This document shows positions 27,891 to 39,079 of a DNA stretch of 64,000 bases, in pieces. The stretch's first letter is position 1. Each line of letters starts with the position of its first letter. This DNA is from Octopus vulgaris (taxonomy: Eukaryota), in NCBI GenBank assembly GCA_951406725.2, contig OX597815.1, positions 112,096,001-112,160,000 of the forward strand, given 5' to 3'. A program made the translations under genes and the position numbers. The notes under the pieces are model-generated. The model saw only the letters and a list, made by a program, of their open reading frames with translations. It was not told where the DNA came from and did not search any database.

Positions 27891-28719
27891 TGTATTGAGA
27901 AATAACACATATGTTTATCTTAAAGAAACATTTGCACATAATTGGATTATTGTGATAAACGCTTTTACCAAGTGACAGGTAAAATCGAATCGAAATAACC
28001 AGCAATCAGGATAAACGGCAGAAATACTGTGACAAAAGCTAGGTCTTATTCATTTCCAGTGTCTTAAATGAGCACCCTGACACCAAGCAAGGGTATTATT
28101 CATTTCCCGACGTTGTACTCACCGCCTCAGTAATATGTATATTTCTTTACCTGCTGCAATATAGATTAGAAAATGTGATTCTACTACCAATCCGTAAATT
28201 AATCAGATGTCAAGTAATAATATTTGACAAAGTTCCAGATGTACGACGGACTGGTGGCAAAAATTATTAGTGGATGACAATGTATACATATAGGACCAGC
28301 CACACACAGGTATGTTCTAACAATTCAAACTGTAACTTTAATCGGTCAGTTTTATTTATTTCTGCATTTAAATGTTTCAAAGTATACGTGGTGAAAATAT
28401 TGAGTCTATAGAGGTGACGACTGTTCATATAAATAAATGAAGAGCAAATTGATAGGCTTTAAAAACAATTCATCTGCATATATCTAAATATATTAAAAAA
28501 GTTTACATTAATACTTGTATCGGTATTGGCAGAGATTAAGATATTACATTAAACTTTGGCTGATAGTAAAATGTTAAATTGATAAATTGGTCTCGTACAA
28601 CACTATAGACTTTCTTAGTCATAACTATCGCACATCAATCGTCATATATTGATAATTTGGTCTCATGAAAAATAAAGAAGCAATTTCTAAATGTGTACAT
28701 TAATGTTTTAAAATTAGTT

Positions 28720-28915
28720 AAGGCGTCGAGTGGGATGAATGTTATTGCGGCATTTCGTCCTTCTTTACGATCAGAATTCAAATTCCACCGCAGTCGACTT
28801 TGGCTTTCATCCATTCCTGGTCGATAAGGTAAGTGCCTGGTTGAAAACTGGGATTAGTGTAATCGACTTATCCCATCTCTAAAATCGATGATCTTAGGCC
28901 AAAATTTGAAACCAA
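28720..28915 (+). mobile_element. SINE
   Basis: Same head (TTCAAATTCCACCGCAGTCGACTTTGGCTTTCATCC) and tail (GCCAAAATTTGAAACC) as the other copies. Confidence 0.8.
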
Positions 28916-29169
28916 TAGTTTAAAATTGGTTCAGAGGTAGTATGAAATTTTCATCGAGAAGTAATTGCAAATCAGATACTAGAGCTCTCAAAAAGTCAGC
29001 CTTAGGACATCAGATTAACACACCCGAAATTTTGAACCCAAATGCAATTCTGACAATATCACTTCATTTTGGGAAAACTCCTATAAGTAGGTATATCTTT
29101 ATAATAAAGTAAGCTGGCAAGTGATAGTTTTTTTTTTATCTTTCTATTTTTAGAGTTGGTTAAAAGAAA

Positions 29170-29450
29170 ATAACTTTAACGTAATGCAAACTGCATGAAT
29201 GTTCTCGAAGGCTTTCCAGTTTAAAAATAATACTGATTTGTTCAAGCAAAACTGTTGACAACAAGATGAATGTAGTGCAAAGTTTCAGATAACGTGGTCA
29301 GTAGTTGAATACGCAAACACATACTTTGGTGGCAGCAAGTAATATAACGTAGACTTTTCAGGGTTTTTTTCCCCCACGTTTCTATTCTATTTATTATGTT
29401 CTAGGAATGGGCTCATTTAGAAATACCATAAATCAATATAAGTACCTGTA
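29170..29450 (+). mobile_element. Decayed PLE GIY-YIG C-terminal fragment
   Basis: KNNTDLFKQ...FQITWSVVEYANTYFGGSK resembles LSKLIW..LK...FRLEWSIL...RRCNLC in PLE2. Confidence 0.5.
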
Positions 29451-29660
29451 ACGAAAGTTTCTTTTACTTGTATGCAGAGTATATTGTAATTTCATAAATG
29501 GAATGTCTAAGCTATTTTTCGACAGTTATATGACAGTATGTGAATTGCCGTGGATGTTCTTTGAATATTTATAGCTCTACTTCCTAACCTGCTTCGTTGC
29601 TCCATAGACCATCTCTAAGAAACTTCACTTTTCTAAATTTTACTTGTTTCTCTCCACACA

Positions 29661-29751
<91 letters not shown>

Positions 29752-29817
29752 TGACTATTTGGTAGTAGTTTTAATTTATTTTTCAGAGAAGTAGTACATA
29801 TAGAATGCAAGATATGT

Positions 29818-30030
29818 GCTGAACTATTGAAAAATCTACTGCTACTCTGTCCAGATTAAAAGTTCAATTTTATATATGTAAATATCGAGGCACAGGGATA
29901 TGTAACACAGTACCTAAATACCATTCTTGAGAAATAAAGCTTTCCAAAACTAGAAAGGAGAGAGCTAATTCGAAGACTATATGTCCAAGTCATCGCTGGA
30001 ACTGTAAAGATTTGTAAATCTTACGTGTTT
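29818..30030 (+). mobile_element. R4/NeSL-type LINE 3' end fragment, with an inverted copy at 30511-30680
   Basis: Similar to 60210-60430 (AELL.NL.LL.PD.KF...GYVT..L...LEK...GTVKICK). Confidence 0.7.
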
Positions 30031-30167
30031 ATCATTCAGGTATATATGCGCAGGTCTAGACATGCAAATATATGCATGAGAATACGCACATAAAGCAACA
30101 TTTGCAAATCTGATTATATACATACATACACACATACACGCACGCACTCACACACATATTGAAGGTG

Positions 30168-30226
<59 letters not shown>

Positions 30227-30232
<6 letters not shown>

Positions 30233-30358
30233 TATATAGAAGGAGCTTCTACAGGACTAGAACTGTTTCATTCAAGAGAAATCTTCAGGAAGCTTCCTGA
30301 AGATTTCTCTTGAATGAAACAGTTCTAGTCCTGTAGAAGCTCCTTCTATATAATAAAT
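30227..30358. repeat. Perfect 132-bp palindrome centred on AAGCTT (30290-30295)
   Basis: Checked by reverse complement; there is no spacer. Confidence 0.95.
30297..30336 (+). ncRNA. Hammerhead-like motif in the palindrome arm, mirrored on the minus strand
   Basis: CUGAAGA-tTTCtcttGAAt-GAAAC-agttcta-GUC. The native 5' strand of stem I is replaced by the inverted arm. Confidence 0.55.
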
Positions 30359-30454
30359 TAATTTTACTCTGCTATGTATTGAGTACCTTATTTACTGTGG
30401 TTAACCCCGAATCAACCCGGGACCTACATATATATATATATATATACATATATG

Positions 30455-30508
<54 letters not shown>

Positions 30509-30682
30509 AGACTACATGTAGTCTTCGAATTAGCTCTCTCCTTTCTAGTTTTGGAAAGCTTTATTTCTCAAGAATGATATTTAGGTACTGTGTCACATAT
30601 CCCTGTGCCTCGATATTTACAGATATAAAATTGAACTTTTAATCTGGACAGAGTAGCAGTAGAAATTTCAATAGTTCAGCGT

Positions 30683-30734
<52 letters not shown>

Positions 30735-30736
<2 letters not shown>

Positions 30737-31244
30737 TAAGACAACAAAAAGAAAGGAAAGAAACTTCGATATTATGAAAATAGAGGAATTTATCTGTAAA
30801 TGTAATATGTGACAATTATTCGGTAGCCATGATAAAATTCCGAGTTTCGGATGCCGAGGTGGAAATCTACGCCACTATCTCTTCAGTTATCCGGCCATCG
30901 GAAAATGCTATGAAAAATGACCGTTATTATGACAAAAGCGCTGTTTGAATGACCGTAAATAAGGGGGTAAAAACGTTCACAGTATTCGCATAAGCGCGTC
31001 TATTCATACCTACAATGCACGCCCGCACACCCACGGGCGTGCGCCTGAAAGTATACATTCATCACACCTCACTTGAAAACGTAAACATCCTGACTCTCAC
31101 CATTCACCAAATGTATACGTATATACATAGAAACCCCCAACACACACACGCGCACCATAAAGATTCATACACACGTCTATATAAATGGATTTCCACCTCG
31201 GCATCCGAAACTCGGAGTTTTATCATGGCTACCGAATAATTGTA

Positions 31245-31245
<1 letters not shown>
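30735..31245 (-). mobile_element. PLE pseudo-LTR fragment with about 58-bp inverted copy (30812-30868 vs 31187-31242)
   Basis: Inverted repeat visible directly, (TA)n on both sides, contains an HHR motif. Confidence 0.7.
30831..30891 (-). ncRNA. Type I hammerhead ribozyme candidate
   Basis: Minus strand reads GATAA-CUGAAGA-gat...atcc-GAAA-ctcgga-AUU-TTATC, with stem I GATAA/TTATC. The inverted copy preserves GAAA-CTC-G-GAG-UU. Confidence 0.6.
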
Positions 31246-31290
<45 letters not shown>

Positions 31291-31541
31291 CCGGGCGTGT
31301 ATTGGCAGCTTGTATACACGTTTATGTGTATAAGTTATTTTATTTATTAATATTCTTCCTCTAATGAGAGATACAAACAAAAGCTACAACATTAAAGATT
31401 GCGGCGGAACAGCAACCATAAGTTTTACATACTGATGTTAGAGTAAGTCTTGCATATCTTTATTTGTGTGTGTGAGGTTTGAATCACCCAATCTCTTCCC
31501 TGGGTTGGAAATCATAGCTTCTCCAGGCGGTGGTATAGGCA

Positions 31542-31730
31542 TTTGATAACATTTGATATACCTATATTCAACATTTCTTCACTTTCACTCACAACTATTT
31601 CACTTTGATAACATTTGATATACCTATATTCAACATTTCTTCACTTTCACTCACAACTATTTCACTTTGATAACATTTGATATACCTATATTCAACATTT
31701 CTTCACTTTCACTCACAACTATTTCACTTT
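31542..31730. repeat. 62-bp minisatellite, three identical copies
   Basis: Unit TTTGATAACATTTGATATACCTATATTCAACATTTCTTCACTTTCACTCACAACTATTTCAC starts at 31542, 31604 and 31666. Confidence 0.95.
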
Positions 31731-33167
31731 CGTTCAAATTGCTTTCTTCGCTTCAGGATAAAGTGTTTCCATTTTTTTAATTAATCGTTCTTTTCTATAC
31801 TGTGTAACAATTGTACATTCTAATTGTAAAACAAATACGTGAATACTTTTTAGAAGAATTTGTCTCATGCTTCTAAGGCATTGTATGGGGCACTGCATAT
31901 TGTTGTGTATACAAGGCTATATATTTGAAATTTTTAAAATTACAATAACTTATATGGGGGTGATTTTTAACGCATACCAGATAAGTCACAGCTCACTGAT
32001 AACCATTAAATATTAAATGACTGAATTACTGAAGCATTCAATGACCAGTTTATTCATTGGTTGATTGTTTGTTTGTTCATAGACGGCTGTTCACAGGAAA
32101 ACTCCGCACTTAAAAGACTATTTCTTGGGAATATTTTAGAAGTAACTTTTTTTACTTTGTTCATAACACGACTGATTGATTGATTTCTAATAATTGATAT
32201 CTGGCTGCACTAGCTAATAATTAATTGTGCATTTCCCATTGTAATCAACGATTATTCAAACAAACAATTACATATATCTTTATATACTATAGTTAAAAAT
32301 TTAAGTTCATTGATTATAAAAATATATAAAAATATATTAGTTTCTGCTAGGTCCAAGTAGGAAATCACGAATCTTATATATTCTTTTTTAATATATTTCA
32401 AACCAAACATTTGTATGTAACACGATGAGAATACCGTCTGTCAAATGTAGAAATTGTTCTGACATAGTTATCAGTAGAGCCATCATGTCTCATATTAAGG
32501 AAAACGTCACATCTGAAAACAAAAACACCAATATTATTACAATATAGACGTCTGAAATCTCATGTACATTTTACAATGGTTTCTCATTGTTCGCTGACAG
32601 AGAATGACATATACATTCGAAAGAATATTTTATTAACTGGTGCAAAAATTGGTCTGTATTGCTAAAAAAAAAAATTCATGATATATAGTTTGCTGTCAGT
32701 CTGGCAGTACTTTTGGGTTTGAGGTCAGTCATATTATGAGAAAATAATATTTGTTGCATCTCAAAAGAAGTATATCGTTCATATATATATATTTCTTATT
32801 AAATTATATGCATCTAGGTTTGTGTTAGAATAGGTATAGTGTGTGTGCGTGCACTTGAGCGCGTGTTCTAAGAGTGTGCATGTGCTTTGACTATATGTTT
32901 TTACGTTTGTTTCTATCTATAGTGCGAAAACGATTGGTAACTTCACAGATTTTGAGATAAATGTATATCAGAAATAATGGTAAATAGTCTAAATACTTAT
33001 ATACTTCTAAAGATATATAATTGTGTGTGTATGTGTGTGTGTGCGTACTTATATGTTTAATTATGTATACGTAGGTGTGTATGTATATGTATATGTTTGT
33101 ATGTGGGCTTGTATGTGTGTGTATACATATATATTTATGATAGATAGACAGATAGATAGATAGATAT

Positions 33168-33209
<42 letters not shown>

Positions 33210-34821
33210 GGCTAGAAAGATGGATGCATGTTTATATGTATGTGTGTGCGCGTGCTCACTCCATTTACAGAGTGAAAGCTTTCGTTCCAACTGGTTGTAA
33301 GGTATGTTTAGCAGTGTTCCTATGCACTTCGATTTCACTTACATATTTCCCTACAACATTTAAGAAGATATTGGTATCCTTCATAACACCACTCTTTATT
33401 GTCAGTTTTTGGCATAATTTTCAGTGTAGATTTCTGGGCAGGATATCTTACTTTTTTCGGGGAAAGAGTCCAGCCCAGATGAATTTTTGCGTCCAGTGTA
33501 TTGAAACTTCAACTCCATGAATGAAGGAGAAAATAAAAAGAGAGAACTATATATAATTGAAAGAATCATTTCGAAATGAATGAGTGATATGAAAATAAGG
33601 GTTAATAAAGCATAGTGAACGGTTTATTCTCGGAAAAAACACCTATGAAAGAAAACTATTTCAGACTGAGGTTAGGAACAAGTCTTTCACAAAATATTTA
33701 CAGCATTTTTAAAGTCATTTTCACTTTAAAATATTTCTAGTATATGCCAAAGCAATTTTTTGTAATAGAATTCACTTGAAAATATATTTTTTAAAACAGC
33801 AAAATAATGTCTGTTTAAAGAAAGTTAAAATATAAATACTTATTGTAAAAACAACTTTCATTTTTGAAATCACATTCACTTTAAAATATTTCTAAATTAT
33901 TAAAATATTGTGTTTAACAAAAATGTAATGTTGTGAGGCGATCATGTTATTCTCAACTCACGGAAAAAAGAGAAATATTATTCCAATATGTTTCTATGCT
34001 ACATGGGAATTCCTCAAGGAAGAACTAACTGCCTCTTCCCTATCTGCAAAGACCATTGAATAACAAATACACTCTATCACACTCACTCTAGCGGTAGTTA
34101 AAATGGATATGCCTATTTCGTAAACTCCATTTGTCGGTGTTGAGAATGAATAAACAACAAACGCAGACACCCGTGAACGCACGCACACGCACATACTGTA
34201 TAAAAAATTACTTAACGTGAAACTACTTGTAGCCTTAAAATACAAATAAAGATATTCTATCCGCCAATGTAGTGTAGAGCTCTCATTTTGATCCATCGAC
34301 ATTTATGTCTATATACATAGATTATTATTTTAAAATCTCTGAACGAGAAGATTCAGGAATATAATGCGGCAGGACGAATGCTACTGTTATATAGTCCCAT
34401 GAATCATTCCCGGCTGCTTATCGACACATTAACCGCCTCCTTATGTTTACGAACATGGGAGCTCAGTATCCCCACTCAGCTCAAAACAGTATCTGTGTAC
34501 CAATAGTTTCTGAGTTATTTCTGTTATTCAGCAAAGAGTAACTGCTTGGCTAGAAATGGCAACACTAGACTCTCTCTCTCTCTCTTTACTCTTTTTTCTT
34601 TTACTCTTTTACGTGTTTCAATCATTTGACTGTGGGCATGCTGGCTCACCGCCTTTAGTCGAGCAAATCGACCCCAGGACTTAATTTTTTGTGAGCCCAC
34701 TACTTATTCTATCGGTCTCTTTTGCCGACCTGCTACGTTACGGGAACGTAAACACACCAGCATCAGATGTCAAGCGATGTTGGGGGGACCAACACAGGCA
34801 CACAAACACACACATACACAC

Positions 34822-34889
<68 letters not shown>

Positions 34890-34944
34890 AGTGAATGGAA
34901 TAAATGGAGTTGAACGAAGATTGTACAGAATACCTTTTATTACA

Positions 34945-35024
34945 TTCTACACATGTTTCGAAGGCCACAAATTTCCAAATTCTGTTTAAATAAGGGTACC
35001 ATATTGCGGCTTTCTCTTCAGGAA
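34945..35024 (-). ncRNA. Mirror copy of the PLE2 hammerhead ribozyme
   Basis: Reverse complement of 38755-38834. Confidence 0.72.
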
Positions 35025-35604
35025 AAAACAGGAATTCCGTTGACAGGACAAAACAAAACAGAGGCACAGCAATTCGAACGAAGATGCTCCTTAGGAGCCC
35101 ATGGCTGAACTGTTTATCAATGTACGTTGAAATCGGGGATTTGGTGCGTTGAAAATATCTACAGGTCAGGCGGCGGTCAGATCTAGTCGGTGGAAGCAAG
35201 GGGTGTGGGGATGCTCTGTGTGACCAACACTAATGTTCTGAAAAATTTAAGAATACTGGGTGTATTTTTGGGGGCGAGCCAAAAGCCTCCTATAAGCATG
35301 TATGTGTGTGATGGCCTATGTGTGCGTGGTCGTGTGCTGGCAAGGGGGGCTACAAAATGACCACTGCTGAAAAAACCAGTCAAGCGGCTGAAAGAATTTT
35401 TTGTGTTCGTGTGTTCGACTCGGCCTGCTTGTCAAAATTTAACATCGTCAAAGAATCCTAATGGCATATATAGTTCCACGCCTAATGGGAGTAATTTCCC
35501 CTTGCAAGGGTTATTCATAGATTTCTTAAAAAGCTTTTTCAAAAATTATTTCCAAAGATTATTTTCATTTTAGTAGGGTAACTAGGTGTTAATTGTCTTA
35601 GGTA

Positions 35605-36454
35605 TCATTTATATGTAAGATATGTATGACGCCTCCAATGGGGACATCGAAAAGCCGACTGTAAAAGACCATTTACCAACCGGTCTCTGGCGAACAATAT
35701 GTGGAAAAGCTCAGAGATACAAAAATTGCACCGCCTTCTGCCCCTATCAAATGGGAGGGCCACCGACAAAATCGACCATTCCAGCCTAAAAGCTGAATTC
35801 GCGTTCTTCAAACGCCATATAAGCTTGCTAAGTCCCGTAGCTTGGTATTTATTCACGTCGCGAAAAGTTGCGAAATGGTTCGAAATTCTCAAGGCCAATT
35901 TTGACGATGAGGCCCCGACATACGAGTAGACATCTGAATCCGTGTAAATCTTGCATTGGTAAATGGCATTTCTGATCTTGGAGTTACTCGACAAGAACCT
36001 TATTCTATTGGGATTAGCTTCTGATATTAAAACTGCGTTACTGTTACTATATTGATTGTGAGAACTGCGGCCGCTTACTACTTTATATTCCTCATTATTA
36101 ATTAACGGACCAACCCCTGTGTCTTTCATATCACTGAGAGCGCTGTAATTGCTAGCATCCGTGGACCTGCTATTCCCGGAAACGATGCTAAAATTGCTAT
36201 TAGGACTCTCTACATTAATGACCCGAACAGCGCTCACCTGACTATTACCATTACTAACACTAATGACATCCCCATTACTTCTATCGCTAAACCTATTATT
36301 TAATCCCTGGCTGGTACTGAGGTTATCAGTCACTGTACTGGCGCTATTATCATTATTACTGTTATTATTCCTACTGCGCGTTAAACTGAGATCAGACGGA
36401 GCTGCGTCCCCGGACAAAGGTGGTAGGGTCTTATTAAGCAGCCTATTATTATGG
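35605..36454 (-). pseudogene. Inverted duplicate of the PLE2 linker + GIY-YIG endonuclease
   Basis: The 270-aa ORF is identical to the PLE2 C-terminus except for about five substitutions. Confidence 0.9.
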
Positions 36455-36499
36455 AATCTATATTATGGAATCTATATTCTCTACGAATTATCCGACTAA

Positions 36500-38173
36500 T
36501 TCCCGGACATCGCGGGCGGCCTGTATCGTGACGATTGTCTGTTTTACCTGCAAAACACCACGAACAGAATCGTACAGAAAACTAAGAATAGGTTAGCTAG
36601 GTTCTTTAATAGAATGGGCATGAATATAGTTTTTGATAATGAGCTCACCAAGGCTAATTTCCTAGACGTCACACTAAACCTCCATAGCGATTCATACTGC
36701 CCTTACCATAAGCATTCTACTAATTTGAAGTATGTCAGTGTCTTCTCCAATCATGCCAAAACCGTAACAGACAATTTGGTTAAAAACATCTCTCTAAGAT
36801 TGTCTAATTTGTCCGCTAGTGCCGACATTTTTATGCAGAAAGCGGAATTTTATAACGCCGCACTATCCAAAGCCGGTTATAAGCAGAAGGTAGTATATAT
36901 TGATCCAGCCCTTCCGATGCCACCATTCGGTCATCAGGATAGGGCCGTCTATAATAACATAACTAATTTAAGTAGTGACGGGAGCGGGGGGAGTGTTGGA
37001 TCAGGTACCTCCGGATCTAATTTAGGGAACATAGATAATTTTCGGTCCGGTGGAGGTCACACTAAACCAAAACCCTTTATTCATCCTAGAATCACCTACC
37101 CTAATGTCAGAGCTGGCCTCCCGACCCATCATAAAAATAGGAATAAGCATATCTGGTTTGTAATCCCCTTTGGGAAGCAGATTAGAAGTAACCTTCCCCT
37201 CCTGTTTCGACAGGCCATTGCCAGTAACTTCCCCAGAAATTCCAAATATTACTCCACGGTTAATTCACATAAAGTTAGGATAGCTTTCTCCAACACAAAA
37301 AACCTTTCCCAGATAATCGCCTCCCATAATAATAGGCTGCTTAATAAGACCCTACCACCTTTGTCCGGGGACGCAGCTCCGTCTGATCCCAGTTTAACGC
37401 GCAGTAGGAATAATAACAGTAATAATGATAAAAGCGCCAGTACAGTGACTGATAACCTCAGTACCAGCCAGGGATTAAATAATAGGTTTAGCGATAGAAG
37501 TAATGGGGATGTCATTAGTGTTAGTAATGGTAATAGTCAGGTGAGCGCTGTTCGGGTCATTAATGTAGAGAGTCCTAATAGCAATTTTAGCATCGTTTCC
37601 GGGAATAGCAGGTCCACGGATACTAGCAATTACAGCGCTCTCAGTGATATGGAAGACACAGGGGTTGGTCCGTTAATTAATAATGAGGAATATAAAGTAG
37701 TAAGCGGCCGCAGTTCTCACAATCAATATAGTAACAGTAACGCAGTTTTAATATCAGAAGCTAATCCCAATAGAATAAGGTTCTTGTCGAGTAACTCCAA
37801 GATCAGAAATGCCATTTACCAATGCAAGATTTACACGGATTCAGATGTCTACTCGTATGTCGGGGCCTCATCGTCAAAATTGGCCTTGAGAATTTCGAAC
37901 CATTTCGCAACTTTTCGCGACGTGAATAAATACCAAGCTACGGGACTTAGCAAGCTTATATGGCGTTTGAAGAACGCGAATTCAGCTTTTAGGCTGGAAT
38001 GGTCGATTTTGTCGGTGGCCCTCCCATTTGATAGGGGCAGAAGGCGGTGCAATCTTTGTATCTCTGAGCTTTTCCACATATTGTTCGCCAGAGACCGGTT
38101 GGTAAATGGTCTTTTACAGTCGGCTTTTCGATGTCCCCATTGGAGGCGTCATACATATCTTACATATAAATGA
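36500..38173 (+). CDS. PLE2 ORF: C-terminal half of RT + GIY-YIG endonuclease (5'-truncated)
   Basis: FPDIAGGLYRDDCLF...ANFLDVTLNL...YVSVFSNHAK...IWFVIPFG...NAIYQC...YVGASS...RISNH...LSKLIWRLK...WSIL...CNLC...CPH. Frame is open from 36500, with an upstream in-frame TAA at 36497-36499. Confidence 0.9.
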   Translation, partial: FPDIAGGLYRDDCLFYLQNTTNRIVQKTKNRLARFFNRMGMNIVFDNELTKANFLDVTLNLHSDSYCPYHKHSTNLKYVSVFSNHAKTVTDNLVKNISLRLSNLSASADIFMQKAEFYNAALSKAGYKQKVVYIDPALPMPPFGHQDRAVYNNITNLSSDGSGGSVGSGTSGSNLGNIDNFRSGGGHTKPKPFIHPRITYPNVRAGLPTHHKNRNKHIWFVIPFGKQIRSNLPLLFRQAIASNFPRNSKYYSTVNSHKVRIAFSNTKNLSQIIASHNNRLLNKTLPPLSGDAAPSDPSLTRSRNNNSNNDKSASTVTDNLSTSQGLNNRFSDRSNGDVISVSNGNSQVSAVRVINVESPNSNFSIVSGNSRSTDTSNYSALSDMEDTGVGPLINNEEYKVVSGRSSHNQYSNSNAVLISEANPNRIRFLSSNSKIRNAIYQCKIYTDSDVYSYVGASSSKLALRISNHFATFRDVNKYQATGLSKLIWRLKNANSAFRLEWSILSVALPFDRGRRRCNLCISELFHILFARDRLVNGLLQSAFRCPHWRRHTYLTYK

Positions 38174-38754
38174 TACCTAAGACAATTAACACCTAGTTAC
38201 CCTACTAAAATGAAAACAATCTTTGGAAATAATTTTTGAAAAAGCTTTTTAAGAAATCTATGAATAACCCTTGCAAGGGGAAATTACTCCCATTAGGCGT
38301 GGAACTATATATGCCATTAGGATTCTTTGACGATGTTAAATTTTGACAAGCAGGCCGAGTCGAACACACGAACACAAAAAATTCTTTCAGCCGCTTGACT
38401 GGTTTTTTCAGCAGTGGTCATTTTGTAGCCCCTCTCGCCAGCACACGACCACGCACACATAGGCCATCACACACATACATGCTTATAGGAGGCTTTTGGC
38501 TCGCCCCCAAAAATACACCCAGTATTCTTAAATTTTTCAGAACATTAGTGTTGGTCACACAGAGCATCCCCACACCCCTTGCTTCCACCGACTAGATCTG
38601 ACCGCCGCCTGACCTGTAGATATTTTCAACGCACCAAATCCCCGATTTCAACGTACATTGATAAACAGTTCAGCCATGGGCTCCTAAGGAGCATCTTCGT
38701 TCGAATTGCTGTGCCTCTGTTTTGTTTTGTCCTGTCAACGGAATTCCTGTTTTT

Positions 38755-38834
38755 TTCCTGAAGAGAAAGCCGCAATATGGTACCCTTATTTAAACAGAAT
38801 TTGGAAATTTGTGGCCTTCGAAACATGTGTAGAA
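38755..38834 (+). ncRNA. Type I hammerhead ribozyme in the PLE2 pseudo-LTR
   Basis: TTC-CUGAAGA-GAAAGCCGCAA...TTGTGGCCTTC-GAAA-C-ATGT-GUA-GAA. Long stem II, minimal palindromic stem III (ACATGT), short stem I. Confidence 0.75.
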
Positions 38835-39044
38835 TGTAATAAAAGGTATGCTGTACAATCTTCGTTCAACTCCATTTATTCCATTCACTAATAGTATTAA
38901 ACTTCAATTATCCGCTCCAACGCACGGTTGCAACACCAAATGGTCTTATCTCCAACCGTGCTGTTTTCCGCTGTGATTTTTGCTACCCAGGTATCGGTTA
39001 AACCTTTTGAATAATCTGTTACAAGAAAATTCATCTTTCTATTT

Positions 39045-39079
<35 letters not shown>

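Larger units (their letters stand above)
34886..39050 (+). mobile_element. Young Penelope-like element (PLE2), 5'-truncated with a 1.57-kb inverted duplication of its 3' part
   Basis: 34886-36454 is the reverse complement of 37324-38893 with about 10 differences. Unique tail at 38894-39050, (TA)n on both flanks. Confidence 0.95.

Noticed and set aside
31542-31730. CRISPR-like array
   Set aside because: The repeats are contiguous with no unique spacers, there are no cas genes, and the context is eukaryotic.
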